Shown: positions 52,130-64,000, counted from the first letter of the stretch. The stretch: DNA of 64,000 nucleotides from Mobula birostris (GCF_030028105.1 NC_092375.1:164795415-164859414), one strand, 5' to 3'. Made by a program: numbers and translations. The notes: generated from the sequence alone by a model not told the origin.

Positions 52130-52860
52130 TCATTGTGGAATGCCTCAAAACCGGTATATCCACAGATGACTGTGGCAATGAATTCCACAGATTCACCACC
52201 CTCTGGCTAAAGACATTGCTTCTCATTTCTGTTCTAAAGGGAGCCCTTATATTCTGAGGCTGTACCCGCTGGTCCTAGACTCTCCCACTATTGAAAACAT
52301 CTTCACAATGTCCAACCTATCTTGGCCTTTCAATATTTGATAGATTTCAATGAGGTTCCCCCCTCATTAATCTAAACTCTGGCGAGTACAGGCCCAGAGC
52401 CATTAAACATTCCTCATTTGTTAAACCTTTTATTCCTGGGCTCATTTTTGTGAACCTCCTTTGGACCATCTCCACTGCCAGCACATCCTTTGTTAAACAA
52501 AGTGCCCAAAACTGCTCACTGTACTCCAGATGTGGTCTGACCAATGCCTTATAAAGCCTCAGCATTACATCCTTACTTTTATATGGAGTCCTTTTGAAAT
52601 GAATGCTAACATTGCATTTGCCTTCCTTACTGCTGACTCAACCTGCGAGTTAACTTTTTGGCAGTTCTGCACTCGAATTCCCAAGTCCTTTGCAACTCAA
52701 ATTTATGAAATTTCTTCCTGTTTAGAACATAGTCTATGCCTTTTTTCCTTCTACCAAAGTGCATGAACATAAACTTCCCTACATTGTATTCCATCTGCCA
52801 CTTCTTTTCTGATTCTCCTAATCTATCTAACTCCTTCTGCAGACTTCCTACTTCTTCAAC
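52130..52860 (-). mobile_element. CR1 LINE 3' fragment
   Basis: LYKALVRPHLEYSEQFW, KKWQMEYNVGK. Confidence 0.85.
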
Positions 52861-53934
52861 TGTCCAAACTTCCCTTCTCAATGTTAACCTGTACATTTTG
52901 CAACTTGATTCATTCTGTTCTTTCTATCAGGCCTCTTGTTTGACACATAATACATGATGTGTGGAAATTTCCTCTAACTGAATAAGTCAAACCAATTTTC
53001 TTGAGTTATCATTACGGTACTATTCCATGACCATCAACACCCTCATTATTTGACTTGGTTTTACATTTATCCCCAAGATGACCTATTAATCATATATCTA
53101 GCTGCAGCATCATCAAAATCCCACATCTGGAAAATCATCTGACTTTACCCACCCTCCAATACATTTGTTGTTGCAAGGCTCAACAAGTTTTCATCAGCTT
53201 AGAAATGGCAAACCATTAGTCAATAACATCCTCAGAACATTATTGCCTCTATTTCCAGGTTCCATTTGCCATCACCTGTTGACTATGTTGGGTTCAGTTT
53301 CAAAATTCCTACGTTTATTTTCAAATCCACCCACATTTTCACTCTTTCCTCCTTGTGCCGTATGTGAGTTCAGTTTTCTCCTCCAAATTTGAATACCTTA
53401 TTTTCAGTTATCTTAAGATCTGAAATTCCTGCTCAAAATCCCTCTGTCTTACCATTTCTCTTTACACAAAGATGCTTCTTAAAGGCTCTTTGACAAAGGT
53501 TTTAGTTTTCTTGTCCTGATATTTCCTTTTGTGCTCCTGTACCAGTTTTGTTTTAATAAAGCAAACACAACAAGAGGTTTTTATGACATTAATGGCACTA
53601 CGTAACTACAATTGCCAATTGGAAAAAACTCATCCAGTTTTTCTTCAAACAGGTCTTTTATACTCACCACAAGCAGATAAGATTGTGCTTCATTGATACA
53701 GGGTTTCCCGTGCCAATGAAGCTGGGAAAAGCCGTGCTTCACCATCATTCCACAATGAAAGTATAGCAAAGTTAGGAGTTTACACTTTATATAAGTGCAG
53801 AATTTGATGAGAATGATCACCAGTTGAATTTCTAACTTTTTCTGTTATTATTTCAGATTTTCAGCTTCAACTTTCTTTTTAATGGAAATTGAAACTTTGA
53901 ATGTTGATCTTGCACTATCTATTTAGAATACAAC

Positions 53935-54120
53935 AACTTGAGAAATAGGAGCAGGAGTAGGCCTTGTCACCTGCTGAGCCTGCACTGCCCACTGCCATTG
54001 AATCAGATCGTAGCTGATCTGGCCATAATCAGCTCCACCTACCTACCTTTTCCCCGTAACCCTTAATTCCCCTGTTATGCAAAAATCTATCTAACTGTGT
54101 CGTAAATATATTTAATCTTT
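53935..54120 (-). mobile_element. CR1 extreme 3' end
   Basis: gaaataggagcaggagtaggcc...cttaattcccc, same family as 32323+. Confidence 0.7.
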
Positions 54121-54439
54121 GGATTCCCCTATGTCCACAGCAGATTGAGCTCACATTTTTGAGTTCCTCCTTCTATTAACTCAGCACCTAACCCATGGAT
54201 TCCTGCAGCTCCTTAGTGAGTCCTGTCTTCTGTCCTCATACTTAAATATAAACAGTTCATCTGCATAACTGGTTTTCATAATGGAGTTCATTTCAATTTC
54301 AGCCTCATTGTATCAAATATTAAGTATTATATAGTTGCATTATTTGACTTAATTATATCAACTTTGTTAATTGGGGTTTGGACCTTTGGTCAGCTTGTAA
54401 CTATGTTGCTGATTAAATGGCACTTTTTTCGAAACGTAG

Positions 54440-54628
54440 ATCTAAGGGTTACCTGGTATAGTAACCAAAAGGAGATCAAACAGTCAAGATTCTTCAAGAT
54501 GGTTCAGTTTGAAGACAGTTACCAACTGGAAATTGCTGAAGCCTACCCAGAAGATGAAGGAGCATACAAATGTGTAGCATCCAACTCTGCTGGAGAAGTT
54601 TCATGTACTGCTGAGTTAAAACTAGAAG
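54440..54628 (+). CDS. TTN: Titin exon (~ex44), last exon before the Novex region
   Basis: acgtag|LRVTWYSNQKEIKQSRFFKMVQFEDSYQLEIAEAYPEDEG...LKLE|gtaatt. Confidence 0.96.
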
Positions 54629-55909
54629 GTAATTCAAGATTATTTTGCTTTAATTTGCTACATCTTACATCATATTTACATTTCTGTTTTGCTGATGTGA
54701 ATTTTGAAACTCTTTTCTGCCTGTGGTTGATTTCTTAATTCAGTAATGTTTATCATTGCCTGCGGCATTCATTTCTACTTATCATCACAAGTGTTCACTT
54801 CTTGTGAAAGCATGTGTATTTGTGCTTGTATTGCTGAACACCATTCTACCTTATTTTAGTACCTACCAATTTTTTGAAGCTTTTTCATCAATTGTAGACT
54901 TCATCAAGCAACTCACCCAGCCACATTGTTTCCACATCTGTAGTACCTCTCATGGCCAGTTCTTCCATCCACTTCCAAGGTAAACAACAGAGACCACCTG
55001 CTGTGCACACCATGGAATTCCACTATAACATCACTATGTTTTGGATATGCAGAATTTTTTTGTTGAAACAACTTAATATGTAATAACTGTTAAATATATA
55101 CAGCAATAAAACATTGTTTTAATCATTTTGTTTGAACTTTCTTGAGTTAAAAGCTAGGTCTCCTCTTGTAGTAATTTGTTTTAATGCTATTAAACAAAAT
55201 TGGATTAAAGGTTAACATTTTCATAATCCATGTCAAATGCACCTAAAATAACTTGAGCAAACAGAGCCAGAATTATTTTAAAGTTGGTATTTTGGCTCTT
55301 TATTATTAACATCAGTCAGCAGCTGGACATCATAATGGACCTATGACAGAGCCAAGAGAAGACTTAGCATGTGATAATTTTAGAAAAAATGTCACCAATG
55401 ATAATCATTGATTTAGCAATTTCTGCAAAGTATACTACATGCTGGACAGAATCCATACAAAGCAAATTAAAAAGATATTGGGAAAGCACCATCTATTGTT
55501 GTAAGGTCAAGCAAACAGCATTTCCATGAATATATTTTATCACTATTTCCATTTTTGATTACACTCCACAGCACCTCATTATTCTAAAATGTTGATGATC
55601 TAAATACACCAGTAAGAACGCCTTTCATCTTGATACACAAACTTGCATTAATTCATCTGCATCTTGGATATTTGCAAGAGAAGAACTAAATCATCATTTT
55701 GTTCAAATGAATGCCATTTCCTCCCAAAGAATTTTGCAGATGCTTTGAGGAAAAGGACCATAGGTGTTTTCCTCAATCAAGTGAATTGCACTTCTTTAGC
55801 ATGTGGCCAGCATGCTGGGATGCCCGTTGGACAACATGAGCTATTGCTTTCTTTATTTTGTCAGTCATGATTTAATATCATGATTAATATTTTGTCTTTT
55901 GTCACTCAG

Positions 55910-56788
55910 ATTACAAAATGCAAAGCATAGATAGTCAGAGCATAACTTCTGGAAAAGCTGTAGCGGAATCCATCGCTTCAAAGACTTTTGAAGTATCAGA
56001 AATGCATATGGAGTCTCCTATGACCATAAAGCATACAGAGAACTATACAAAGGAAATCACTTTACAGCAAGAACATACATACAATGTTCAGATGTTTGAA
56101 ACTATCTCCGTAAGTTCATCTAGCAAGACTGTTTCTTCTGAAAGCTGGGAAGAATCAGAAAAAGTGAGCAAGACTGAAACAATCAGAAGTGGTTCTCAAA
56201 TTGCACCAAAATTCCTACAAGATATGGAAAGCAACGCAGTTATGTTAGGTGAAACAGCATCTCTAAAATGTCAAATTCTAGCACTCCCAAGACCTGAAAT
56301 AACATGGTACAAAGAAGATAAAGAAGTTGTGGAAGCTAAAAGAATAAAAATTGTGACTATAACAGAAGCTGAAGCTTTAACTTCATCTGAGATAATTATA
56401 CAAAAAATCCATGAAGAGGATACAGGAGTTTATAGATGTAAAGCTGTGAATCCTCATGGTGAGGCTAACTGTGAAGCAAAAGTAACTATTGCTACAGCCA
56501 AACCTTCCCTTGAAGCACCCACAATTCTAATTGAACTTAGTGATCTGAGAGTCAAAGCTGGTCAGATGGCACAGTTCATCTGTTCTTTCCATGGAGAAAC
56601 TTCAGAGATTATATGGGCTCATAGAAGCAGAAGTTTGGAAGAAGCAGAAAGATTGAAGATATCTCAGAATGGAAATGTAATGTGTCTCACAATCCTCAAT
56701 GTGCACATAGAAGATCAGGGAGAGTATAGCTGTACTGCAAGAAATGAAAGTGGAGAAATGAAGACTTCTGCCGTACTTATTGTAGAAG
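55910..56788 (+). CDS. TTN: Titin Novex-2-like cassette exon (879 nt; unique sequence plus two Ig domains)
   Basis: actcag|...|gtggtt, phase 1/1. The second Ig (EAPTILIELSDLRVKAGQMAQFIC...EAERLKISQNGN...TSAVLIVE) resembles the human Novex-2 Ig as I recall it. Confidence 0.85.
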
Positions 56789-57086
56789 GTGGTTGTTTAT
56801 AATTTTATTTAAAGACAGCATCTTGATTCATCCACTTCATTGTTTCTTTCCCAAAATAAGTTTAGTATCTGTTTAAGAAGATCCTGAATTTGACTATTAA
56901 CAGTAAAATATTTTGCTTAAGATGTTAGCTAGTGAATTATACAAACTTTAAACCTAGACATTGCATCACACTAGTATGCATGAATTATTGAAAACATTTC
57001 TTTGGGCTGTTATAAATTTTTCAAGTATTTACTTTACTGAAATTGCCAAATCACTTAACATTTATCCTAATTTTATTCTTGCATAG

Positions 57087-57602
57087 CTGAAGAAACAAAA
57101 CCCCAGACAGGTGCTAAAATTCCCACTGATAGCAGTTCAGATATCTCTAAAATTGAACAAAGGCCTAATATCACATCTGATAGCAAATCAGAAGTTCTAA
57201 AGAAAACATCAAGTTCACCACCTCCTTCAACCAAAAGACCAACTAGAACAGAGAAGCAAAGGAGCCGAGATTATTATCCAGATGTGGTGCCCAGTGACGA
57301 ACTAATAGACGTTGGAGCGATAGCACCGGCTTTCTTAGAAAAATTGCCTCCAGAAATCACTGTACAAGATGGAGAGGATGCTTTGATGCTTTGCATTGTA
57401 AAGGGTCTACCATCGCCTTGTGTACTTTGGCTGTTCAACCAACGCATAGTTGAAGAATCTTCATTGTGTTCCATAAAACATGATGGTTTGCTATGCAGTT
57501 TAAAGTTACAGAAAGTCAGCCAAAGGCACAGTGGTACTTATACATGCAAAGCGGTTAATTCTGCTGGAGAAACAGCGTGCAACACTCTACTTAGTGTGAC
57601 AG
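57087..57602 (+). CDS. TTN: Titin cassette Ig exon in the Novex region (516 nt; Ser/Thr/Pro-rich leader plus one Ig)
   Basis: gcatag|EETKPQTG...APAFLEKLPPEITVQDGED...W...HSGTYTCKAVNSAGETAC...VT|gttggc. Open frame, phase 1/1, I-set Ig signature. Confidence 0.82.
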
Positions 57603-58005
57603 GTTGGCAATTGCATGCTTTGATCCTTCCCCATGTGACTCAATCATGCATCTCACCACAGTTCATGGAAAGAATCTTTGTGGAATCAGCTTGTTTCGCT
57701 GTGGAGTATTGCATTTCCTTTTTACATTAAACTGATTAGGCATGTGAGGCATGTTTAATGTTTTGTTACAGAGCAAAACAGTTTTTTTTACAAAATCCTG
57801 GGTTCTCTGAATTAGATTTGTGATTCAATGAACCAATTGTTTGGTTGAAAATCCCAATCAACAGATATATTTTTACATTTTGCATGTATGTTTTGTATGT
57901 TTTTGCATATTCCATAAATCGATTTTCACTTTTGCATTTGTATTTATAAATTGGAAAAACATTTCTGAAATAATATTCAGGTTTATTAATTTTAATTTGC
58001 TGCAG

Positions 58006-58056
58006 AGAAAAAGCTTCAAGACAAAATTGAACAACAGATCGAAATGGAAGTGAGAG
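58006..58056 (+). CDS. TTN: Titin small exon (~ex47)
   Basis: ctgcag|EKKLQDKIEQQIEMEVR|gtaata; cf. human ...ERIEQEIEMEMK. Confidence 0.92.
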
Positions 58057-59275
58057 GTAATATTTTTATTATTATTTGATGAATTTGCTAAATAGTTCTT
58101 GGAATACCCAACTATATTCATTTACTTCAGTATTTTGCCATCTCAATAAGCTATTTTACAGTTTGAAATGTCAAAGTTGCATGTTGTTTGTTTCAATCTG
58201 ATTTGTTTAAAAATCAGATTTCTGTTTTTCATTCGCATTGTTGGATAAAAATTTATTAACATCAATATTTATTTTACAGGCATTATTTATTTACAGGAAT
58301 TAACCATTGTTAATTCCCCATTGTTAAGCTAAATTTCAGTGTAGAATTGCTTATTAAAATTGACAAAGCACAAATGAAATCTATGAGTATATCTGATAAT
58401 GAAGGGTACAATGAAAAGAGTTTGAATGTACTGTCAACAATTTAATGTTTAATGACTGAATCCTAGAAGTGTACATATTAATATTTTATTTCCTAATTCT
58501 GTAGTTTCATCAGAATTCTGTTCTTCTGAGTTCCTAATGAGCTCAACAAAAAGAATTGTACCTCATATTTTAGGAAATTGCAGCAATATTTTATTAAAGG
58601 ATATTTAATTAGAATAGCCTCTATTCATATATTCATTTTCTTTCATTTAATCGACTCATACACTTACACTGGCTTGCAGATAGTAGTATGTATTCATGTA
58701 TGCTGGCTTTTTTGCATAACGTTGTTAATCTAGCAACTGTATTAGTTCGAATAAACGCCTTCTCATGCAATTTATGAAGAATTATAAATGAATTTGTCTG
58801 TATTAAAATTCAAATCTATGCTTGTCAAACTGGCTGAAAAGTGTATCTACTACCAAAAGGAGCAGAAAGGGCGTTTATTCTGCTGTCTGCAAGTCAGGTA
58901 AGAATTTGTAATAATCTAGATATACCCAAATCATTACAGAGACTGATTTTACTTTTTGAAAAACCTCAATTTCGTCATGAGATCACTTTATGCTTTTTTC
59001 AAAATACACATTCTAATATGATTTTTGACAAGAAATTGCTACAGTCTGAAGAAAGAACAAAGAACGAGCGATTTTCCTGCTCAGAATCTTTAAACAGAAA
59101 ATGGTCTTGCGTTTATTCGAACAAATATGGTGAGTGCATTTTTTACAGTAATTGTGAATGCTGATGCATAATGTTTGTCATTTCATGTTTCATATTTGTA
59201 TTAAATTCAATTTTTAATAAGTTTTAAACTGATTTCGAAGAAACCACTCAATTCATTTTTTCTTTTTTTCTACAG

Positions 59276-62200
59276 AATTATTTTTTGATGATGGCAGTGG
59301 ATGTTTGGAAAGCAGAGAAAACCTGCGAGATGCATTTTCTGATGCTGAAGATTATTTAGATCAGGGTCTTATTTCTGCTAGACGTTGTGCAAGCAGAACC
59401 TCTTCTGTAGGTTCATGGTCTGAAAATTTTAGGCCATCATTTACAGAAAAGCTGAAATTCAAATCTGTAATGGAAGGAGAGCAAACTACTTTTAAATGTA
59501 AAATGGTAGCCAGCCCAGTGCCAAAAGTAGCATGGTTTCATAACAACAGACCTATTCGTAAAGATTCAAGAAAGATTATTAAAACAGAAAGCACAATGCA
59601 CATTCATAGTTCAAGTTTGGAAATCAATAACGTAGAAGAGAAAGATTCTGGAAGTTACAAAATATTTGCAATAAACTCAGAGGGATCGGCAGAATCAACT
59701 GCATCTTTACTTGTTGCACTTAAAGAGGAGCAAAATGAAAACTATCTGAGTTTTGTGAAAAGATCTGTGCTGGCTCACAAAAGTGTAGACTCCTTAGTTA
59801 AAAATCGAAATGCAAGACTTAAAGTTGATCTTAGACATGTCGGGTCTCCCTTTGATAAAAAACATGAGATTTATGGAGCTTTGCAAAAGAAGCCAAGTAT
59901 TAGAAGCAGATTGGTACGGACTATGTATTTTGAAAGTCCATTTACTGCAACTAAACATAAAGATCTTGCTGTTAGTAAGTCTGCTAAGGGATACTCACCT
60001 AGGTTATGTGGAATGATTGTCGACGAAGAAAGCTTGATTGATGAAGACATTAGGATTAAACTGCATCTTTTACGTGAAGCTAAAAGGAAAAAGAGATTTT
60101 CTCTTGCACTGTCTGAAGCTTCATTTGACCTAGGAACAACAACTGAAGACTACAGCCATGGTTATTTAGACAGGGAGCGCAGTAGAAGTGTGGGAGACCT
60201 TGACTGCATGAATTGTGAACATGGTAAATCTTACTTAGTGCAAGAGCAGATACAGTCTTCTGGTGAATACGTCCAGAAACAGCCTCTTGAATTTCAACAA
60301 AAAATGGAACAGATAATAGGACTTCCTGCAGGGAAAAGAGAATTAAAAAGTACCACTGGAGAATATATAATTGAAGAATCTTCTGGAACAATAGGTACAA
60401 ACTCATTAAGAGAGCAATTCCTGAAAGGTGGTCCATCCCAAGAAACAGAAGAATTGCATGAAAATCAATATTGGTTGGAAGCAGAGGAATCTGGTGAATG
60501 TTATCTTCAGAAAGAATATGTTACAAGAAAAGAAGCAAAGAGTCAACTTTGTGAAAAACCACATGTACCTACTGATCAACTGTTTGGAGAATATATTAGT
60601 GTGCAGAAGGATTTACAATCAAAACATTTGAGAGAGACATTTGATGTTTTTACATCTGGAATCAATAAAACACAGGCATTCAGGGAAACTGAGGTAATGA
60701 AACAAGCAGCACAATTTGCAGATAGTGAGTGTGCAGAAATTTTATTGAAGGAAAAGGAGATTTCAACACCAGTAAAACAAACTCAGCTGGAGATAAAAGA
60801 ATCTGAAAATAAATATAAGCTCAAGAAAAATATTGGTGTAATTTCCAATAAGAGGACTGAAAGTTTGCAGGACTCACTTGCAAGGAAAACTGAATATTTT
60901 CATTCTCTGTTTGACCACTCTAAAGCAACAGAAAAATATGAATCTAGTTTCACTGAAAAGGAAGACATTACAAGAGAGTATACACAAAATCTGATTCCTT
61001 CTTCCTTTCCAGATAAAAACATTTCAGTCCTTGTCAGTACACCTTTGGATGCTAATGCTGTTGAAATAAATAAAACCTCAGGTAAATGTGAAACCAAAGA
61101 AAATCCTGCTATTACTTATGACAAATTAACTGGAAGCATCTTCCTAAAGCAGATGTCTGGATTTGATTGCAGAACTGTTGACCAAACAAAATCTGCTTCC
61201 AAAGAAAATGAGGCAATAAGAATCATTGATATAAATGAAAATGTGCTGCAGAATGAAGGTAAAATTAACAATGATCCCCAGACACTGGTGCCCTCTACTT
61301 TATCAGGGAAGAAAGAAATTTCAAGTTTTATTAGTTCCTTGATTAAAGATGCACCGGAAGATGTAAAACACATTCCATATAAAAGTCAGGAAATAAACTA
61401 TGAAATAACTGTGGAAGCATGGCCTGAAAGATGCTTGAGAAATCAAAATGATTTACTAGTACAGAAACCAGGAGTTGGTCATGAAATATCTGATCACACT
61501 CCATCAGAGATGATAGATTTTGATGATATCAATCAGAAAGAAACCCAATATGAAGAAGAGATTACAGATTCTACCCAGTTAATGAGGCATTCTCCTTTGA
61601 CAGCAAAGACAAGAGAAGCACCAGCCATTTTTAGGCCAGTGATAAAGCAATTTCCGGGGGAAATAAAGCACCCTCCAAAAGAGTCTGAGGTTCATGAAGA
61701 AGATGAGCCAACATCTGAACAAAGTTGCAGAAATTTTATTCACGTGGAAAAGTGCCGTCCAGAAGCAAGATCTGAAGATGGCCATGAAATTCAGGTGGCT
61801 GATCAATCCAAGTTAGCAGTAAAACAAGTAGATGTGATTGATGTGCCTGAAATTAGTCCAAATGAACAGTATGAAGGCAAGGTTAAAGATTTCACTTTAA
61901 TTTTGGAACCTTCTGATTCACAGAACAAACATACATTCCTAAAAGAAACAGCAGCTGAAATGAGGGAACCTCCATATAAATCTGAAGTTAATGAAGGTGA
62001 TACGAAACATCCTGACCACTTTGCTGATAGTTTTGTTAGTGCAATGAGAGAGCTTGTAACAGAAAAATCTGAAGAGGATATTGAAACATTCAGTATTTGC
62101 ACCCCTGTGGTTAAAAGTGCATTCCAAATAATAAAGCCGTCTTTACCTGCTCAAAAAGACGTGTCAACTCCTTTAGATACACGTGAACCCACGGAAGACT

Positions 62201-63136
62201 ATAATTCAGCTAATATGCAGCAGTGTGGAAATTTGTTCCAAGCACAAAGCGGATTTTTGCCAGGGAAACTTGATGAAAATCATCAAGTGTACTTCCAATC
62301 CTTAAAGACAGGAAAAGAAGCTGAGGTGATTTATGAAGATAAAATAAGACAGAAAGAATCACAATCTGAAGCAGCAGTTCTAAATTCCACATGGATGGTG
62401 AAGACTTCCTCTTTATCAGAGGACAAGGAAACTTCAGTTTATACAAGCTCCTTGAAAAAACAATCACCAGTAGACACAAGAGATTCTCCTTGCAACTTTG
62501 AATTTGAGGAAGACCACGTGAAAGCTTTGAAAAATTTTACCAGCATTGACAAAGAAGTTCCAGCAGAGAAACTGGAAGATGTCAAAATAATACCCCATAA
62601 ATCGGCACTCACAGAGACAGCAATGATTAATAGATCTGAAATTGGTCAGAAACATCAATGGGAAATTGAAGGCCCATCTTATACTGTGAACCTCAACCAA
62701 ACAGTGGAAACACCTAACTTAAAAGATCAAAAACAGGCTCTAGAATCATTCAGTTCATTGATGAAAGAGGCACCAGCAGATGAGCAACATAATAAATTTA
62801 TTGATCTGAAAGAATCCCCAGAAGCAGAGACTCATTCCAATCAACTTGACAACCATTGTCCGCCAGTAATTGTTCACTATATTACATCTCCTAAAATAAA
62901 ACAAGGAGCTCCTTGTGTGCTTGAATGTCAATTTCATGGGAACCCACAACCTACTGTAATTTGGTACAAGGATGAGCGTCCAATTCCACAAAATAGGGAT
63001 TATGATATCTACTTCACAGAAAATAAATCCTTGTTGACTATTAGCTGTACACACAAAGAACATGAAGGAATTTATTCATGCGTGATATTCAACCAGTATG
63101 GTACTGCAACAACAACTTGCGTCCTTACTTTACAAG
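59276..63136 (+). CDS. TTN: Titin Novex-3 exon, part a (3861 nt)
   Basis: ctacag|ELFFDD...RDAFSD...WFHNNRPI...INSEGSAESTASLLV...VDLRHVGSPF matches the start of Novex-3. Ends with an Ig (...CVIFNQYGT...) and donor CAAG|gtaaaa. Confidence 0.93.
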
Positions 63137-63233
63137 GTAAAATTCATTATACTTCATTTTGTAATTTTTTTAAAAGTATGTTGCAATAAGATAACTGAAG
63201 ATCATAAATTATTATTTTTTTTTTACTTTTCAG

Positions 63234-64000
63234 ATACTGGACCATTTGAAGAACCTTTGAAAACATTTAATATGCATGTGATAGAAACACCAGAGGACTA
63301 TGCTGAAAAAGAATATCCGGACCATCAGGTTGAAAAGGAAGTTGAGTCTTATTTTCCACCAGCTCCACTAATAAAATCCACACTGCAAATACCAAATGTT
63401 TCAGTACCCCCACCACGTCCAGTAAATTTGTCTACTCTATCATCTGTTGTTGAAATTAAAATAACTGCTCCAACTCCAACACCAGAGCGAGATGAAAAAA
63501 AGAGAGAGTTATTTCAATTAGACGAGGTTGAATGGACAGGTTCACCTCAAGAACCCTCCTCTCAATCTACAAAACATAAATTTAAGTTTTCATTTGATGT
63601 AATTTGTGAACCTCCAGAAGTTGTAAAAGAGTTGGATAAGATTTGTTGTACAGAAGGAGAAACAGTGATGTTTGAATGTGTAATTTCTGGTGAGCCAGCA
63701 CCTGTTGTTACGTGGATTCAAAATGATAGAGTTTTAACTTGTGATACAAGCAAACACCAATTTGAAGAGAGTGGAGGAACTTATAGATTGTATATTAATG
63801 ATGTTTCAGAATCTGATGTGGGGAACTATACGTGCATAGCTAAAAATAAGGATGGGGAAGCACAGAGTACATCTAGTCTCACACTAGAACCTGTAATGCA
63901 TAGTTTCATTTACCATCTGAAAGATATTGAGTTATCTGAGGATGAAACAGAATCACCTGTTAGTAAAATGGACCAGGGTGAAGATGTTGAGCAGCAATGT
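63234..64000 (+). CDS. TTN: Titin Novex-3 exon, part b (open to the window end)
   Basis: Strong pyrimidine tract and cag|AT ACT GGA. I checked the frame and it has no stop to 64000. Encodes VEIKITAPTPTPE...KHKFKFSFD..EPP...ECVISGEPAPVVTW...LTLEP (Ig). Missing from the ORF track. Confidence 0.9.

Larger units (their letters stand above)
4148..64000 (+). other. TTN: Titin gene, internal portion (28 coding exons; the gene extends beyond both window ends)
   Basis: Exon translations match hallmark titin sequence in human order (e.g. [92 protein letters not shown]). Reading phase is consistent across all junctions. Confidence 0.99.

Noticed and set aside
58818-58903. Exon ending at the strong donor CAG|GTAAGA (58897)
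   Set aside because: No upstream acceptor gives a phase-1/1 frame compatible with neighbouring exons, and there is no homology.
59810-63063. Antisense and alternative-frame ORFs overlapping Novex-3 (similarly over exon 28)
   Set aside because: Shadows of the long coding exon with no domain features.
63137-63189. ORF-track C-terminus KIHYTSFCNFFKSMLQ as the normal end of titin or Novex-3
   Set aside because: It follows a good donor and Novex-3 homology resumes at 63234; it applies only if the intron is retained.
4148-64000. Internal Cronos-type titin promoter
   Set aside because: The known Cronos start lies far downstream at the I/A junction, and I see no supporting signal in this window.

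Overview
Eukaryotic (vertebrate) genomic DNA covering an internal part of the titin gene (TTN) on the + strand. I reconstructed 28 coding exons by hand from 4148 to the window end, and the reading phase is consistent across every junction. They run from the Z-disk/I-band junction through the proximal tandem-Ig segment (equivalent to human exons ~22-44 by order) into the Novex region: a Novex-2-like exon, an extra Ig exon, an exon 47 equivalent, and Novex-3, which here appears split by a 97-nt intron. The introns are packed with retroelements that suggest a cartilaginous fish, probably a ray (inference). These include CR1, L2, Rex1/Babar and Tx1 LINE fragments, tRNA-derived SINEs, a decayed Gypsy LTR element with a nested Tx1 insertion, and a solo LTR. 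The most striking non-coding signal is a family of short fold-back (palindromic) Penelope-derived insertions. Each dated copy is flanked by a 12-17 bp target-site duplication, and most carry a minimal type-I hammerhead ribozyme motif. Comparisons with human titin are from memory and need alignment to confirm.
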